Source: an uncultured cyanobacterium
GTDB taxonomy: Bacteria > Cyanobacteriota > Cyanobacteriia > Phormidesmidales > Phormidesmidaceae
Length of the DNA stretch: 64,000 nt
Reading direction: 5' to 3'
Assembly (NCBI GenBank): GCA_963740915.1
Contig: CAVUFV010000012.1
Coordinates: 5,483-69,482 of the forward strand
Shown here one piece after another: positions 1 through 8,614 of this stretch (its first letter is position 1; each line of letters begins with the position of its first letter). The translations under genes and the position numbers were made by a program. Below the pieces are notes generated by a model. The model saw nothing but the letters and a program-made list of their open reading frames with translations, had not been told where the DNA came from and made no database searches.

Positions 1-167
1 ACCGCCTTATGATCGGAAGGGCCAGCACCGCCTTTACGGCCAGCAGCGCCAATCTCGTTCGTCGCCAAATTCAGCCCTTTGGACTGGAGGTCGGTAATTA
101 CTTGCTGGGCGTCGAAAGGATCAGTCAACAGAAATTTGTTAGGCGCGTAGGAGACTGACTTAGACAT
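1..167 (-). CDS. MSMEG_0568-family radical SAM protein (Nit1C NitD-like), 5' part only; runs off window start
   Basis: Manual minus-strand translation from ATG at 167 gives MSKSVSY...[12 protein letters not shown]...[13 protein letters not shown], the family N-terminal motif. Start overlaps the nitrilase stop. Confidence 0.85.
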   Translation of the reverse strand, partial: MSKSVSYAPNKFLLTDPFDAQQVITDLQSKGLNLATNEIGAAGRKGGAGPSDHKA

Positions 168-1227
168 GGGTTTTAGCTGGGCTTTCGGTGAAAATATCGG
201 GCAGCAAAAGATCTTCGAGAGAATCGTCTGGAACCTGTGGTAGCGGCTCTAGCTGAGTTTTTTTTGCAGCACTTGAAAAGAGATTTAAGGGTTGTGGCTT
301 AGAAGACGTGACGGCATAAGGCGAAGTCTTAATCTGAAGCTGAAGCAGATCAGGGCGAGCATAGTGACCAACTGAATCCATCATGCGTTTGCGTTTGGTA
401 ATGAGAGAGAAATCGAGGGTAGCGATCGCCATTCCTTCCCCTTCTCTAATGGGTTCACCTAGCGGCACGCCTTCGGGGCTGATAATCGCGGTATAGCAGC
501 CGCCGCGCAGCACCTTTTGCAAGGCTTCATTGGGGGCAATTTCAGCCACCTGATCAGGCGTTAGCCAGCCAGTAGAATTCACCACGAAGCAGCCCGACTC
601 CAGCGCATGGTGGCGCATAGTCACTTCTGTTTGCTCACCAAAAATCTCACCCACCATTGAACCCGGAAACTGGGCGCAATGAATTTGTTCATGCTCCGCC
701 ATCAGGCTGTAGCGGGCCAGAGGATTGTAGTGCTCCCAGCAAGCCAACGCACCGACTCGCCCAACGGCGGTATCACACACTTTGAGCCCCGATCCATCGC
801 CCTGCCCCCAAACCATCCGCTCATGATACGTCGGCGTTAGTTTTCGCCTTTTCAGCACCAGTTCGCCGTTAGCATCAAAAATTAGCTGAGTGTTGTAAAG
901 AGAGCCGCGATCGCGTTCATTCACCCCTAGCACAATCACCATTTGATAAGCTCTAGCCGCCTGACTCACCGCGACTGTCACTGGCCCCGGCACTTCTACC
1001 GCTTCTTCGTACAGTTTCATGTGCTCTTTGCCCATCAGCACAGGCGGCAGCACAAAAGAAAAGTAAGGATAATAGGGCACAAATGTTTCAGGAAAAACAA
1101 TCAGCTCCACGCCTTCTTTAGCCGCATCTGCGATCGCCTTCAATACTTTTTCCATCGTGCCCGACTGGCTGTGCAGCACCGGAGAAATCTGCACCGCCGC
1201 CGCTTTCACCATCCGCGAATAGTTCAT
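160..1227 (-). CDS. Nit1C/Nit6803-type nitrilase
   Basis: Catalytic E-K-C motifs [22 protein letters not shown]; ATG (MNYSR) at 1227; Nit1C gene context. Confidence 0.93.
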   Translation of the reverse strand: MNYSRMVKAAAVQISPVLHSQSGTMEKVLKAIADAAKEGVELIVFPETFVPYYPYFSFVLPPVLMGKEHMKLYEEAVEVPGPVTVAVSQAARAYQMVIVLGVNERDRGSLYNTQLIFDANGELVLKRRKLTPTYHERMVWGQGDGSGLKVCDTAVGRVGALACWEHYNPLARYSLMAEHEQIHCAQFPGSMVGEIFGEQTEVTMRHHALESGCFVVNSTGWLTPDQVAEIAPNEALQKVLRGGCYTAIISPEGVPLGEPIREGEGMAIATLDFSLITKRKRMMDSVGHYARPDLLQLQIKTSPYAVTSSKPQPLNLFSSAAKKTQLEPLPQVPDDSLEDLLLPDIFTESPAKTHV

Positions 1228-1299
1228 GGTTTTTTCGACTCCAACCGCATGATTTCGACTACACAACCCAAACTAGACAACCCGACTACACAATCTTGG

Positions 1300-1782
1300 C
1301 TACATCGTCCAAGTATCCAAAATGAATGCGCCCGCTTTACGGTGCATCAGCACAATATCCATGACGTCTAGCGGATTAATCGGCGTAATCCCTGGAATTA
1401 AAGACGGCTCACCATGTCCATACAGCGCCTGCAAGGCAAACCGACAGGCATAAACTTTGCCGCCATCAGCAATGATTTTCTCGACTCGGTTGTTCATAGC
1501 CATGTGACCCGGAAATGCCTCATCGCCAATTTTTGGAAAGCCTCGCTGCACGCCCAGGGTTACTCCCGGGCCATACAACAGCACCGACGTATCAAACCCT
1601 TTGCTGATAAGGCGGCTTACCTGCAATAAATTTACCAGTCCGATCGAGCCTTCAAAGGCCACCGTATGGAAGGTCACCAGGGCTTTCTCACCCGGATCGG
1701 CCTGAACATCGGGAAATACTTTCTCTTCGTAATCTACAAAAAAGTCACCAGCTTTGTGCGCAGGGGCTGTTACAGCAGGCAT
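1300..1782 (-). CDS. MSMEG_0572/Sll0783-family nitrogen starvation response protein (DsrE-like, NitB)
   Basis: [10 protein letters not shown]...[12 protein letters not shown]...[14 protein letters not shown]; likely start MPAVT at 1782. Confidence 0.92.
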   Translation of the reverse strand: MPAVTAPAHKAGDFFVDYEEKVFPDVQADPGEKALVTFHTVAFEGSIGLVNLLQVSRLISKGFDTSVLLYGPGVTLGVQRGFPKIGDEAFPGHMAMNNRVEKIIADGGKVYACRFALQALYGHGEPSLIPGITPINPLDVMDIVLMHRKAGAFILDTWTM

Positions 1783-1821
1783 CTCAATCACTCCAGATAT
1801 CTTAACTTTGGGACTGGCTTC

Positions 1822-1863
1822 AGAGTAAAAGGTCTGAAGCTGATTTCTAGTATCTGTTGTTAC
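1822..1863 (-). promoter_or_regulatory. NtcA-activated promoter for the sll0783-nitrilase operon
   Basis: Minus strand GTA-ACAACAGA-TAC (1863-1850), 22 nt, then TACTCT (1827-1822): matches GTAN8TAC-N22-TAN3T. Confidence 0.8.
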
Positions 1864-1970
1864 AAAAAGAACAAGCCTGACTGTTGTGACAGGCACTGTG
1901 AGAGTAGATATAGGCAAAAGAGACTTTCTGAGGCTTTTTGAAGATTGATTGATTGAAGATTTCTTTGTTT

Positions 1971-1990
1971 ACCTGTACAAAAAGACAGGT
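1971..1990. promoter_or_regulatory. lux-box-like 20-bp palindrome, candidate LuxR-family operator
   Basis: ACCTGTACAAAAAGACAGGT versus canonical lux box ACCTGTAGGATCGTACAGGT; related box GCCTGACTGTTGTGACAGGC at 1875-1894. Confidence 0.5.
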
Positions 1991-2066
1991 AGCCTGTAGA
2001 AATCGCTGTGATATTCGCTGATATTCACTGGATTCCCCTGTCTATAGAACAAGACCTCTGAATTTC

Positions 2067-2109
2067 GTATTGTGTGATACAGGGATCTTTGAGAAATAGT
2101 CTTTATGTT
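2067..2109 (+). promoter_or_regulatory. NtcA-activated promoter for the flavoprotein gene
   Basis: GTA-TTGTGTGA-TAC (2067-2080), 23 nt, then TATGTT (2104-2109). Confidence 0.7.
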
Positions 2110-2236
2110 AGACATAACAGAGAAAGAACCCAAGAAAGCGCCCGAAAAAATATCCGAGAAATTCATCCCACCCGGTCGGACATCCCTCCCGCAAAAAGGA
2201 TTTTACCGGCTAGGCATTAGCTAAACATAGGTACTC

Positions 2237-3553
2237 ATGACTAGACCACACTATCCTGTTGTTATTGTCGGCGGCGGCCAAGCAGGGCTGTCTGTAAGCT
2301 ATTGTTTGAAGCAGATCGGCATTGAACACGTTATTTTTGAAAAGCGCAGTATTGCTTACTCCTGGCAGGCTAAAAGATGGGATTCCTTTTGCCTGGTTAC
2401 CCCAAACTGGCAGTGTGCGCTGCCGGGATATAGCTATGCGGGGCCAGATCCGCACGGATTTATGCCGCGAGACGAGATTGTTCACTACGTTCGAGACTAT
2501 GCTAAGTCATTCCAGGCCAATATTAGAGAAGGCGTATCGGTCGAACGGCTGCAAAAAGATCCTAATTCGGCCCTTTTTACGGTCACTACTTCGATAGGAG
2601 ACTTTACAGCTGATCAGGTTGTGGTCGCTACTGGCGGCTACCATCAGCCCAAAATTCCGAGTATGCGCAGTAGCCTTCCGGCAGATGTTTTGCAGCTTCA
2701 CGCTTCCGAATACAAAAATCCAGAGTCGCTTCCTGACCAAGCCGTGTTGGTAGTAGGCACGGGCCAATCGGGCTGTCAAATTGCTGAGGATTTGCATTTA
2801 GCTGGGAAACAGGTGCATTTGTGTGTGGGGGGGGCGCCGCGATCGCCGCGTACCTATCGCGGTAAAGATGTTGTCGATTGGCTAGATGAGCTGGGTTACT
2901 ACGACTTGCCAATTGACGAACATCCGCAAAAAGAAACCGTCAGAACCAAAACCAATCACTATGTCACTGGTCGCGGTGGCGGTAGAGAAATTGATTTACG
3001 ACAATTTGCCACGGAAGGAATGCAGCTTTACGGCAAGCTCAAAAGCATTCAAAGCGCTCAGTTAGAATTCCAAGATGATCTGGCCCACAATTTAGATCAA
3101 GCGGATGCCGTAGCTGAAAGCATTAAGCGCACGATTGATGATTACATTGAAAGAAATCAGATCGAAGTGCCCACTGAGCCACCTTATCAACCGGTGTGGC
3201 AGCCGGAAAATATCCCGCGATCGCTCGATCTCCGCAGGGCTAATATCGGTAGCGTAATTTGGGCGACTGGCTACCATATGGACTTTCGCTGGATCGAGAT
3301 ACCCACCTTCGACGGTAGCCGCTATCCAGAGCACCAACGAGGCGTGACGCCAATAACAGGACTTTATTTCATCGGCTTGCCATGGCTCTATACCTGGGGT
3401 TCGGGCCGCTTTTCAGGGGTGGCTAAAGACGCTGACTATATCACCCACCACATTGCCCACCACATTGCCCACCAGCCGACTCATGCCTCTGCGAGTCGGC
3501 TCACAGCCAGCCCTGACGCATCGCTTCAAAAACAGCCTGTATGCGGGTTTTAA
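2237..3553 (+). CDS. MSMEG_0569-family flavin-dependent oxidoreductase (Nit1C NitH-like)
   Basis: Dinucleotide motifs GGGQAG and GTGQSGCQIAEDL; RWDSFCLVTPNWQC; NHYVTGRGGGREIDLR. Confidence 0.92.
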   Translation: MTRPHYPVVIVGGGQAGLSVSYCLKQIGIEHVIFEKRSIAYSWQAKRWDSFCLVTPNWQCALPGYSYAGPDPHGFMPRDEIVHYVRDYAKSFQANIREGVSVERLQKDPNSALFTVTTSIGDFTADQVVVATGGYHQPKIPSMRSSLPADVLQLHASEYKNPESLPDQAVLVVGTGQSGCQIAEDLHLAGKQVHLCVGGAPRSPRTYRGKDVVDWLDELGYYDLPIDEHPQKETVRTKTNHYVTGRGGGREIDLRQFATEGMQLYGKLKSIQSAQLEFQDDLAHNLDQADAVAESIKRTIDDYIERNQIEVPTEPPYQPVWQPENIPRSLDLRRANIGSVIWATGYHMDFRWIEIPTFDGSRYPEHQRGVTPITGLYFIGLPWLYTWGSGRFSGVAKDADYITHHIAHHIAHQPTHASASRLTASPDASLQKQPVCGF

Positions 3554-4685
3554 CCCCTAGCTTGGTGAGCATATTTTGGCTGTGAAACTTTACTGTACGT
3601 TCACTGATAAAAAGTGCTTGGGCAATTTCGCGATCGCGGAGCCCCTGAGCGAGAAGCCGCATCACCTCTTGCTCTCTTTCAGATAAAGGCGATTCTGCTA
3701 AAGGCGATTCATCACTGCTCAGCGCCTTGTCTATCGGCACCTGCTGAGGCAGCTGTACCCGCACTTCCATCACCGTTTGGTGAAGATCCACCTGACTTTG
3801 AAAAAGACCGCCCAGCTGCTCGACTTCATTCAACAAATCACAAAAAACCTGACTTGACAAGAGTGAGCGATCGCGCTCATCGTCAACTGCTAACATAGCT
3901 TCTAACACCACTGTTTCGGCTTCGTATACCAGCCGACAATAGTGACAAGACGGCGCTAGGTAATCGGCTGCTTGGAGGATGATTTGAGCGATCGCTGGCG
4001 CTAGTGTCTGCTCTACACCTAGCAAACTCAGCTTTTGTTGCCCCAGAATAGTCCCTAGCCGCTCCGATAAAATACTGGACTGCTGATTAGCGCTCTGGCG
4101 AGCGGTGAGATTTGTATGTGTTGCCATCACCGCCTGATGGTTGAGCGCACTGGCCAACGCGCCCGCTACCGACAAACTCAGCATTTGCAGCACTTCCAAA
4201 AATTCAGGAGCCATTGCCCGGTGGCTAAAGATAGCCAGCACCCCAATTGCCTGATTTCCGGCCATCAGCGGCAGTCCTGCAAAGCCCTGAATTTTGTTTT
4301 CAATGGCCCAAGTGCGATCTTTTACCCAGTCTTCATCGGGCAGCGCATTGCTCAAAAAAGGAATGCAGTGCTGTGCAATTTTACCCACCTTAAAAGCACC
4401 CATCGGCACCTGAGCAAACGATCCATCTAGCCGAGTATATAAACCCGAAGAGGCCACTAATCGCAGCGCTTGACGATCTGGATTGACGAGCCAGACCCGC
4501 GCAAACGCACAGTCAAACTGCTCAATAAGTCCTTCGGTAAGGCAAATTGCGATCGCATCTGCCTCTAACCAACCCGTAAATCGACTCATGAGTTCGCTGC
4601 ACCGCTTTAAGTCAAATAAAAGTCGAGATACATCCAAATTATGGCGGGATGCGAGATCAGACACAGGTGCAAGCCATTGGGGCAT
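3501..4685 (-). CDS. GAF-domain LuxR-family transcriptional regulator
   Basis: N-terminal GAF (FARVWL...LRLVASSG...FAGLPL); C-terminal LuxR HTH (LSEREQEVMRLLAQG...TVKFH). Confidence 0.9.
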   Translation of the reverse strand: MPQWLAPVSDLASRHNLDVSRLLFDLKRCSELMSRFTGWLEADAIAICLTEGLIEQFDCAFARVWLVNPDRQALRLVASSGLYTRLDGSFAQVPMGAFKVGKIAQHCIPFLSNALPDEDWVKDRTWAIENKIQGFAGLPLMAGNQAIGVLAIFSHRAMAPEFLEVLQMLSLSVAGALASALNHQAVMATHTNLTARQSANQQSSILSERLGTILGQQKLSLLGVEQTLAPAIAQIILQAADYLAPSCHYCRLVYEAETVVLEAMLAVDDERDRSLLSSQVFCDLLNEVEQLGGLFQSQVDLHQTVMEVRVQLPQQVPIDKALSSDESPLAESPLSEREQEVMRLLAQGLRDREIAQALFISERTVKFHSQNMLTKLGVKTRIQAVFEAMRQGWL

Positions 4686-5465
4686 CCTTGATCAAACCCT
4701 GGATTGACAAGTATGGCTGTAGTCGTGACTACTTTTCTTGTCCGTTTTAAAGCTTCTCTCTGAGTATCTCTATTGACTTACTACCCTTGTCTGGGCAGCC
4801 TTTTTTACAGTCACCTTAAAGCAAAGCACAAAGTCTAGAAGTTTCTCTTTCTTCTTTTTTCTCTTTCTTCTTTATTCATCTCTTTTTCTTTTGCCTCTAT
4901 ATAATTCAAGTGATTCAAATAACTTATTTGAAAATCATTCACTTTTTGTTTCAGCATCTTATCTCACAACTTATCTTTTTCAAAGCCAATAGAACATAAT
5001 TAAACATGAACAGCACCACTCGCTCCTAACTGATGGAATATCGCATTGATCGCTCGCCATCTCAAGCTCAAAGGCATGCAGCTTTGGAGAAATATCCTTA
5101 GCGCTTGAAAAAACAACACCAAGATTTTATTGCAAGATTCAGTTTTACTACCGCCAACAGCGGCCTGATCTTGAAACCCAAATCTTAGCAAATGCCTATG
5201 TCTCAGTAGTGACTGTCGATGGCATTCAAATGCAGGCAGATCCGACAATGCCCCTTTCTAGGGGCAAAAGCTGATAGAAGGGTGGCATTCGCGCAAAGCG
5301 TGCCGCTTACTTATTCACCGTTTAGGTTCTGACGATGCAGTGATAGAAGGCGGTGGAATTGAGATATTAGCGATCGCCTAGCCGCTCAAAATTAGCGGAG
5401 ATCGCATTCATTCTGGTGAAGCAAATCGTCCCATAGACTCGCTCATTCGTGAAAACTCCACAATA

Positions 5466-5590
5466 GACATTATCGGTAATAGTAGAAACCCTTATCTGAC
5501 AAGGGTTTCAGCGATCGCTCAAAAATCGGCTGAAGTGATTGCTAGATAAGGGTTTGAAGGCATTTTTTCACTCTTATTGCCGATAATGTC
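5466..5590. mobile_element. 125-bp element with terminal inverted repeats (MITE-like; ends resemble dif/XerC arms)
   Basis: GACATTATCGGTAATA ... TATTGCCGATAATGTC (15/16 inverted match), TA on both flanks, internal hairpin GAAACCCTT-ATCTGAC-AAGGGTTTC. Confidence 0.55.
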
Positions 5591-6250
5591 TAATGAATCA
5601 AGTCAGCCTCAAACGCAAAATATACATAACTATTGTCAGTATGGATGTACAGGATAGCGAAGACGAACTGTCAAGCTTCGCCAATATTGCTCTGTCCAAA
5701 AGCTTTTGGTTGAAGTCCATCCCGATATGCTAGGTATCTTGATATGTTAGGTATCTTAAATGACAACGCTCTAGACGACAGCTGCGAAATTCAACGAAGC
5801 CTGAGTTTCAGCAAAGCCTGAGCTTTCTCTATAAATTGAATTATAAAATTGTGATCGTAATAACCGCTTACAGGCTTGACTCAATTGTTTTGAGGTAAGC
5901 CACAGAGTATTACCACATCAATTCCCAATTCGGTAGTACTCTGTAATCTATCTGTAATCTAGCAGGGGATCGAGAAGAATTGCCCGATGTTAGCGGGTAT
6001 ATTTCAACAAACCTTTCCGGATGGCTTGCAGTTTGCTACGTTTCTATTTTGTATTGTTCTCTATGTAGTTTCAAGTGCGTTAACCAACCTCAATATAATT
6101 TCCAGCCTCAATATAATTTTAAGTGCGTCAACTAGCTTCCATACTTCCCACGAACCAAATCTCCGGTGAAGGAAAGGCGTTTCTGGGCAAGCTAAACGAG
6201 GCTGAGCGCTACGTTCTTTTAGAAACTCTGTGCCGTGCCAGTTTTGTATT

Positions 6251-7348
6251 ATGTCTAGTCCTCATGAAATTGGCTTTGTCGCCTACAATACCCCCAACCA
6301 TTCTCAAAGCAAGTCTGAAGGCGAGTCTCAAAACGGTTCTCGCCACCAAGTCAGATTTAAAGCAACCGTTTTAAAGTCGATGGGCACTATCCACCTGACT
6401 CAGTCGTTCACCGTTCTAGAAGCCGTTTCTTTCAAACGAAGCTGTCAGGAGGCGTTTGATCTGCATCCAGAACTGCGAGAAATTGTCTTAGATTTTACCG
6501 ATACTGTCTTTATTGATAGCAGCGGCATTGGCGCCCTGGTGATTAGCCATAAGCTCTGTCAGTCAAAAGGGGCAAAGCTGCGGCTAATCAACGTACCTGT
6601 ACCGGTAATGATGGCGCTTTCGCTAACTGAGCTAGACAAAGTTTTTCACATTGAGATCAGCCGCCCTCCGGACTCGCTGCGGGCGGCAGAATCTATTGCC
6701 AATGAACCCCAAATCGTTTTAAAGCAGTTGCCCGAAACTCATCCGTCCGTGCGCTCTAGAGCTAAGCGGGCGATGGATATTATCGGCGCTATTGTCGGGT
6801 TGATGCTGACGGCGATTTTGTGGGTGGTGGTAGCGATCGCGATCAAGCGCGAAGACGGCGGGCCAGTATTTTTTGCTCAAACCCGCTGCTCTTGGTTGGG
6901 CAAGCGCTTCACCATTTGGAAATTTCGCTCAATGGTAATAGATGCCGAAAATCGTAAAAAAGAAGTCGCAAATAAAGTCCAAGGGCCGCTGTTTAAAAAT
7001 GACAATGACCCGCGCATTACCCGAATTGGGCGGTTTTTACGGCGCACTAGCCTAGATGAATGTCCGCAGTTTTGGAATGTGCTCAAAGGCGATATGAGTT
7101 TAGTCGGCACCCGCCCGCCCACGCCGGATGAAATCGAGCAATATGAAGTGTCTCAGTGGCAGCGGCTGAATGTCAAACCCGGCATGACCGGCGAATGGCA
7201 GGTTCACGGGCGCTCAAGCATTACCACCTTTGAAGAAGTCATTCAGCTCGATTTACAATATCAGCGCAAGTGGAGCCTGCTGTACGATGTGAAGCTGATC
7301 GTCAAAACGGTGCTAGTACTGTTTAGCAAAAAATCGGGGGCGATGTAG
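6251..7348 (+). CDS. STAS (anti-sigma-factor antagonist) domain fused to a bacterial sugar transferase (priming phosphoglycosyltransferase)
   Basis: STAS motif FIDSSGIGALV; C-terminal KRAMDI...KFRSM...DPRITRIGRFLRRTSLDE.PQFWNVLKGDMSLVG; ATG at 6251. Confidence 0.9.
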   Translation: MSSPHEIGFVAYNTPNHSQSKSEGESQNGSRHQVRFKATVLKSMGTIHLTQSFTVLEAVSFKRSCQEAFDLHPELREIVLDFTDTVFIDSSGIGALVISHKLCQSKGAKLRLINVPVPVMMALSLTELDKVFHIEISRPPDSLRAAESIANEPQIVLKQLPETHPSVRSRAKRAMDIIGAIVGLMLTAILWVVVAIAIKREDGGPVFFAQTRCSWLGKRFTIWKFRSMVIDAENRKKEVANKVQGPLFKNDNDPRITRIGRFLRRTSLDECPQFWNVLKGDMSLVGTRPPTPDEIEQYEVSQWQRLNVKPGMTGEWQVHGRSSITTFEEVIQLDLQYQRKWSLLYDVKLIVKTVLVLFSKKSGAM

Positions 7349-7431
7349 GCTTACTGTCACAATCGGGCAGTTATCCTCCACAATAGGTAAGCAAACCCAC
7401 GAGCGCTATATCGAGCGCATCTGACCGGCGA

Positions 7432-8559
7432 ATGCTCGCAAATGTCTTATCCCTCCTGCTGGGCTTAGGTAGCGTTACGTTTTACCTAGCCGGCTTTTTT
7501 TACCCAGAGTCTCACCGCCGCTCAGACGTCGTGTGGAGCGGCTTAGGCACCTTGTATGCGCTGGTGCTGTGGTTTTGGGCTGAGCAAATTACCGGGATCG
7601 TGCTGCTAGCTCAAGTCGCCGTTTTGGCCCTAGTGCTAGGGCTGGGCTGGCAGCTTTTGACCGTGCGCCGCGAAAAAACGCCTGTTTATCAGCAAACGCC
7701 TGTGGTGATCACACCCGAAATTGTGGCCGATTGGACAAAAAATCAGCTCAATCAGCTGCGTATCGCCCCGGCTGAGCCCGTTCCGCTGCGGTTGGGAAAA
7801 AGAAATTTGAGCGATCGCCCTGATCCCCGCCGCCGCCCTGTCTATGACTACGAGTTCGTCGAAGATGGCATCTTAGAAACCATGCCCGCCGAACCCGTGC
7901 TCGAAGAAATCCTCATTGAGCTTGATACGACAGGCGATGACATCGCACCCGCCTTCGCTGACGCTAAGGTTCTGTCAGTTGAAGTTCCAGAAGAAGCGAT
8001 CGCCTCAGCCCATCCGCCCAAACCTAATACCCTCGCAGCCGCATCACCTGAAATTGAACCGCCTGAAATTGAACCACCTGAAATTGAACCGCCTGAGATT
8101 GAGCCACCTGAGATTGAGCCACCTGAGATTGAGCCACCTGAAATTGAGCCACCTGAGATTGAGCCACCTGCAATTGAGCCGCCTGAGATTGAGCCGCCTG
8201 AGATTGAGCCGCCTGAAATTGAACCACCCTCAGTCGAGCCCCCTAACGTTGAGCCTTTAAAGGCAGCAGTTTCTACAGAAAAATCTGTCCCGCTGACCAA
8301 AGCACCTCCTCAAGTCACGACCCCTACAAACATTTCGCAAAAACCAAACCTGCTAGCCACCCCGCTGATTTTAATCGGCTGGCTCAAAGACGTCATCACT
8401 GGCATCACCCGCCCCAAACCCTCCAAACCCATCATCGAAATCCCTCGCCGTCCAGCTTCTTATACAGCTTCTTCCCCTACTTCCGCCCCCTCTTCCTCTG
8501 CTTCCGCCCCCGCCTCTGCTCCCGCTCCCTTCTCAGAAGACAGCAATTGGGACGACTAA
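7432..8559 (+). CDS. ycf66: Ycf66-family membrane protein with a long Pro/Glu repeat
   Basis: N-terminal TM region (FYLAGFFYPESHRRSDVVWSGLG...GWQLLTVRR) typical of Ycf66_N; low-complexity C-terminal half. Confidence 0.75.
   Translation: MLANVLSLLLGLGSVTFYLAGFFYPESHRRSDVVWSGLGTLYALVLWFWAEQITGIVLLAQVAVLALVLGLGWQLLTVRREKTPVYQQTPVVITPEIVADWTKNQLNQLRIAPAEPVPLRLGKRNLSDRPDPRRRPVYDYEFVEDGILETMPAEPVLEEILIELDTTGDDIAPAFADAKVLSVEVPEEAIASAHPPKPNTLAAASPEIEPPEIEPPEIEPPEIEPPEIEPPEIEPPEIEPPEIEPPAIEPPEIEPPEIEPPEIEPPSVEPPNVEPLKAAVSTEKSVPLTKAPPQVTTPTNISQKPNLLATPLILIGWLKDVITGITRPKPSKPIIEIPRRPASYTASSPTSAPSSSASAPASAPAPFSEDSNWDD
8047..8256 (+). repeat. 14 x 15-bp coding tandem repeat (PEIEP)
   Basis: Units CCTGARATTGARCCR; last two units diverged (PSVEP, PNVEP). 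Confidence 0.95.
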
Positions 8560-8614
8560 CTTGAAGCAACCCAAACTTCAAGGCAAAATAACCTAACCAA
8601 CGCACCTCTATCCC

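Noticed and set aside
4990-5450. Possible decayed gene upstream of the inverted-repeat element (ORF 5000-5248 and short plus-strand frames)
   Set aside because: Frames are broken by stops and no family motif was recognisable.
7848-8300. ORFs with GGSIS, LSHLR or QSQVA repeats
   Set aside because: Alternative-frame shadows of the 15-bp PEIEP repeat in ycf66.
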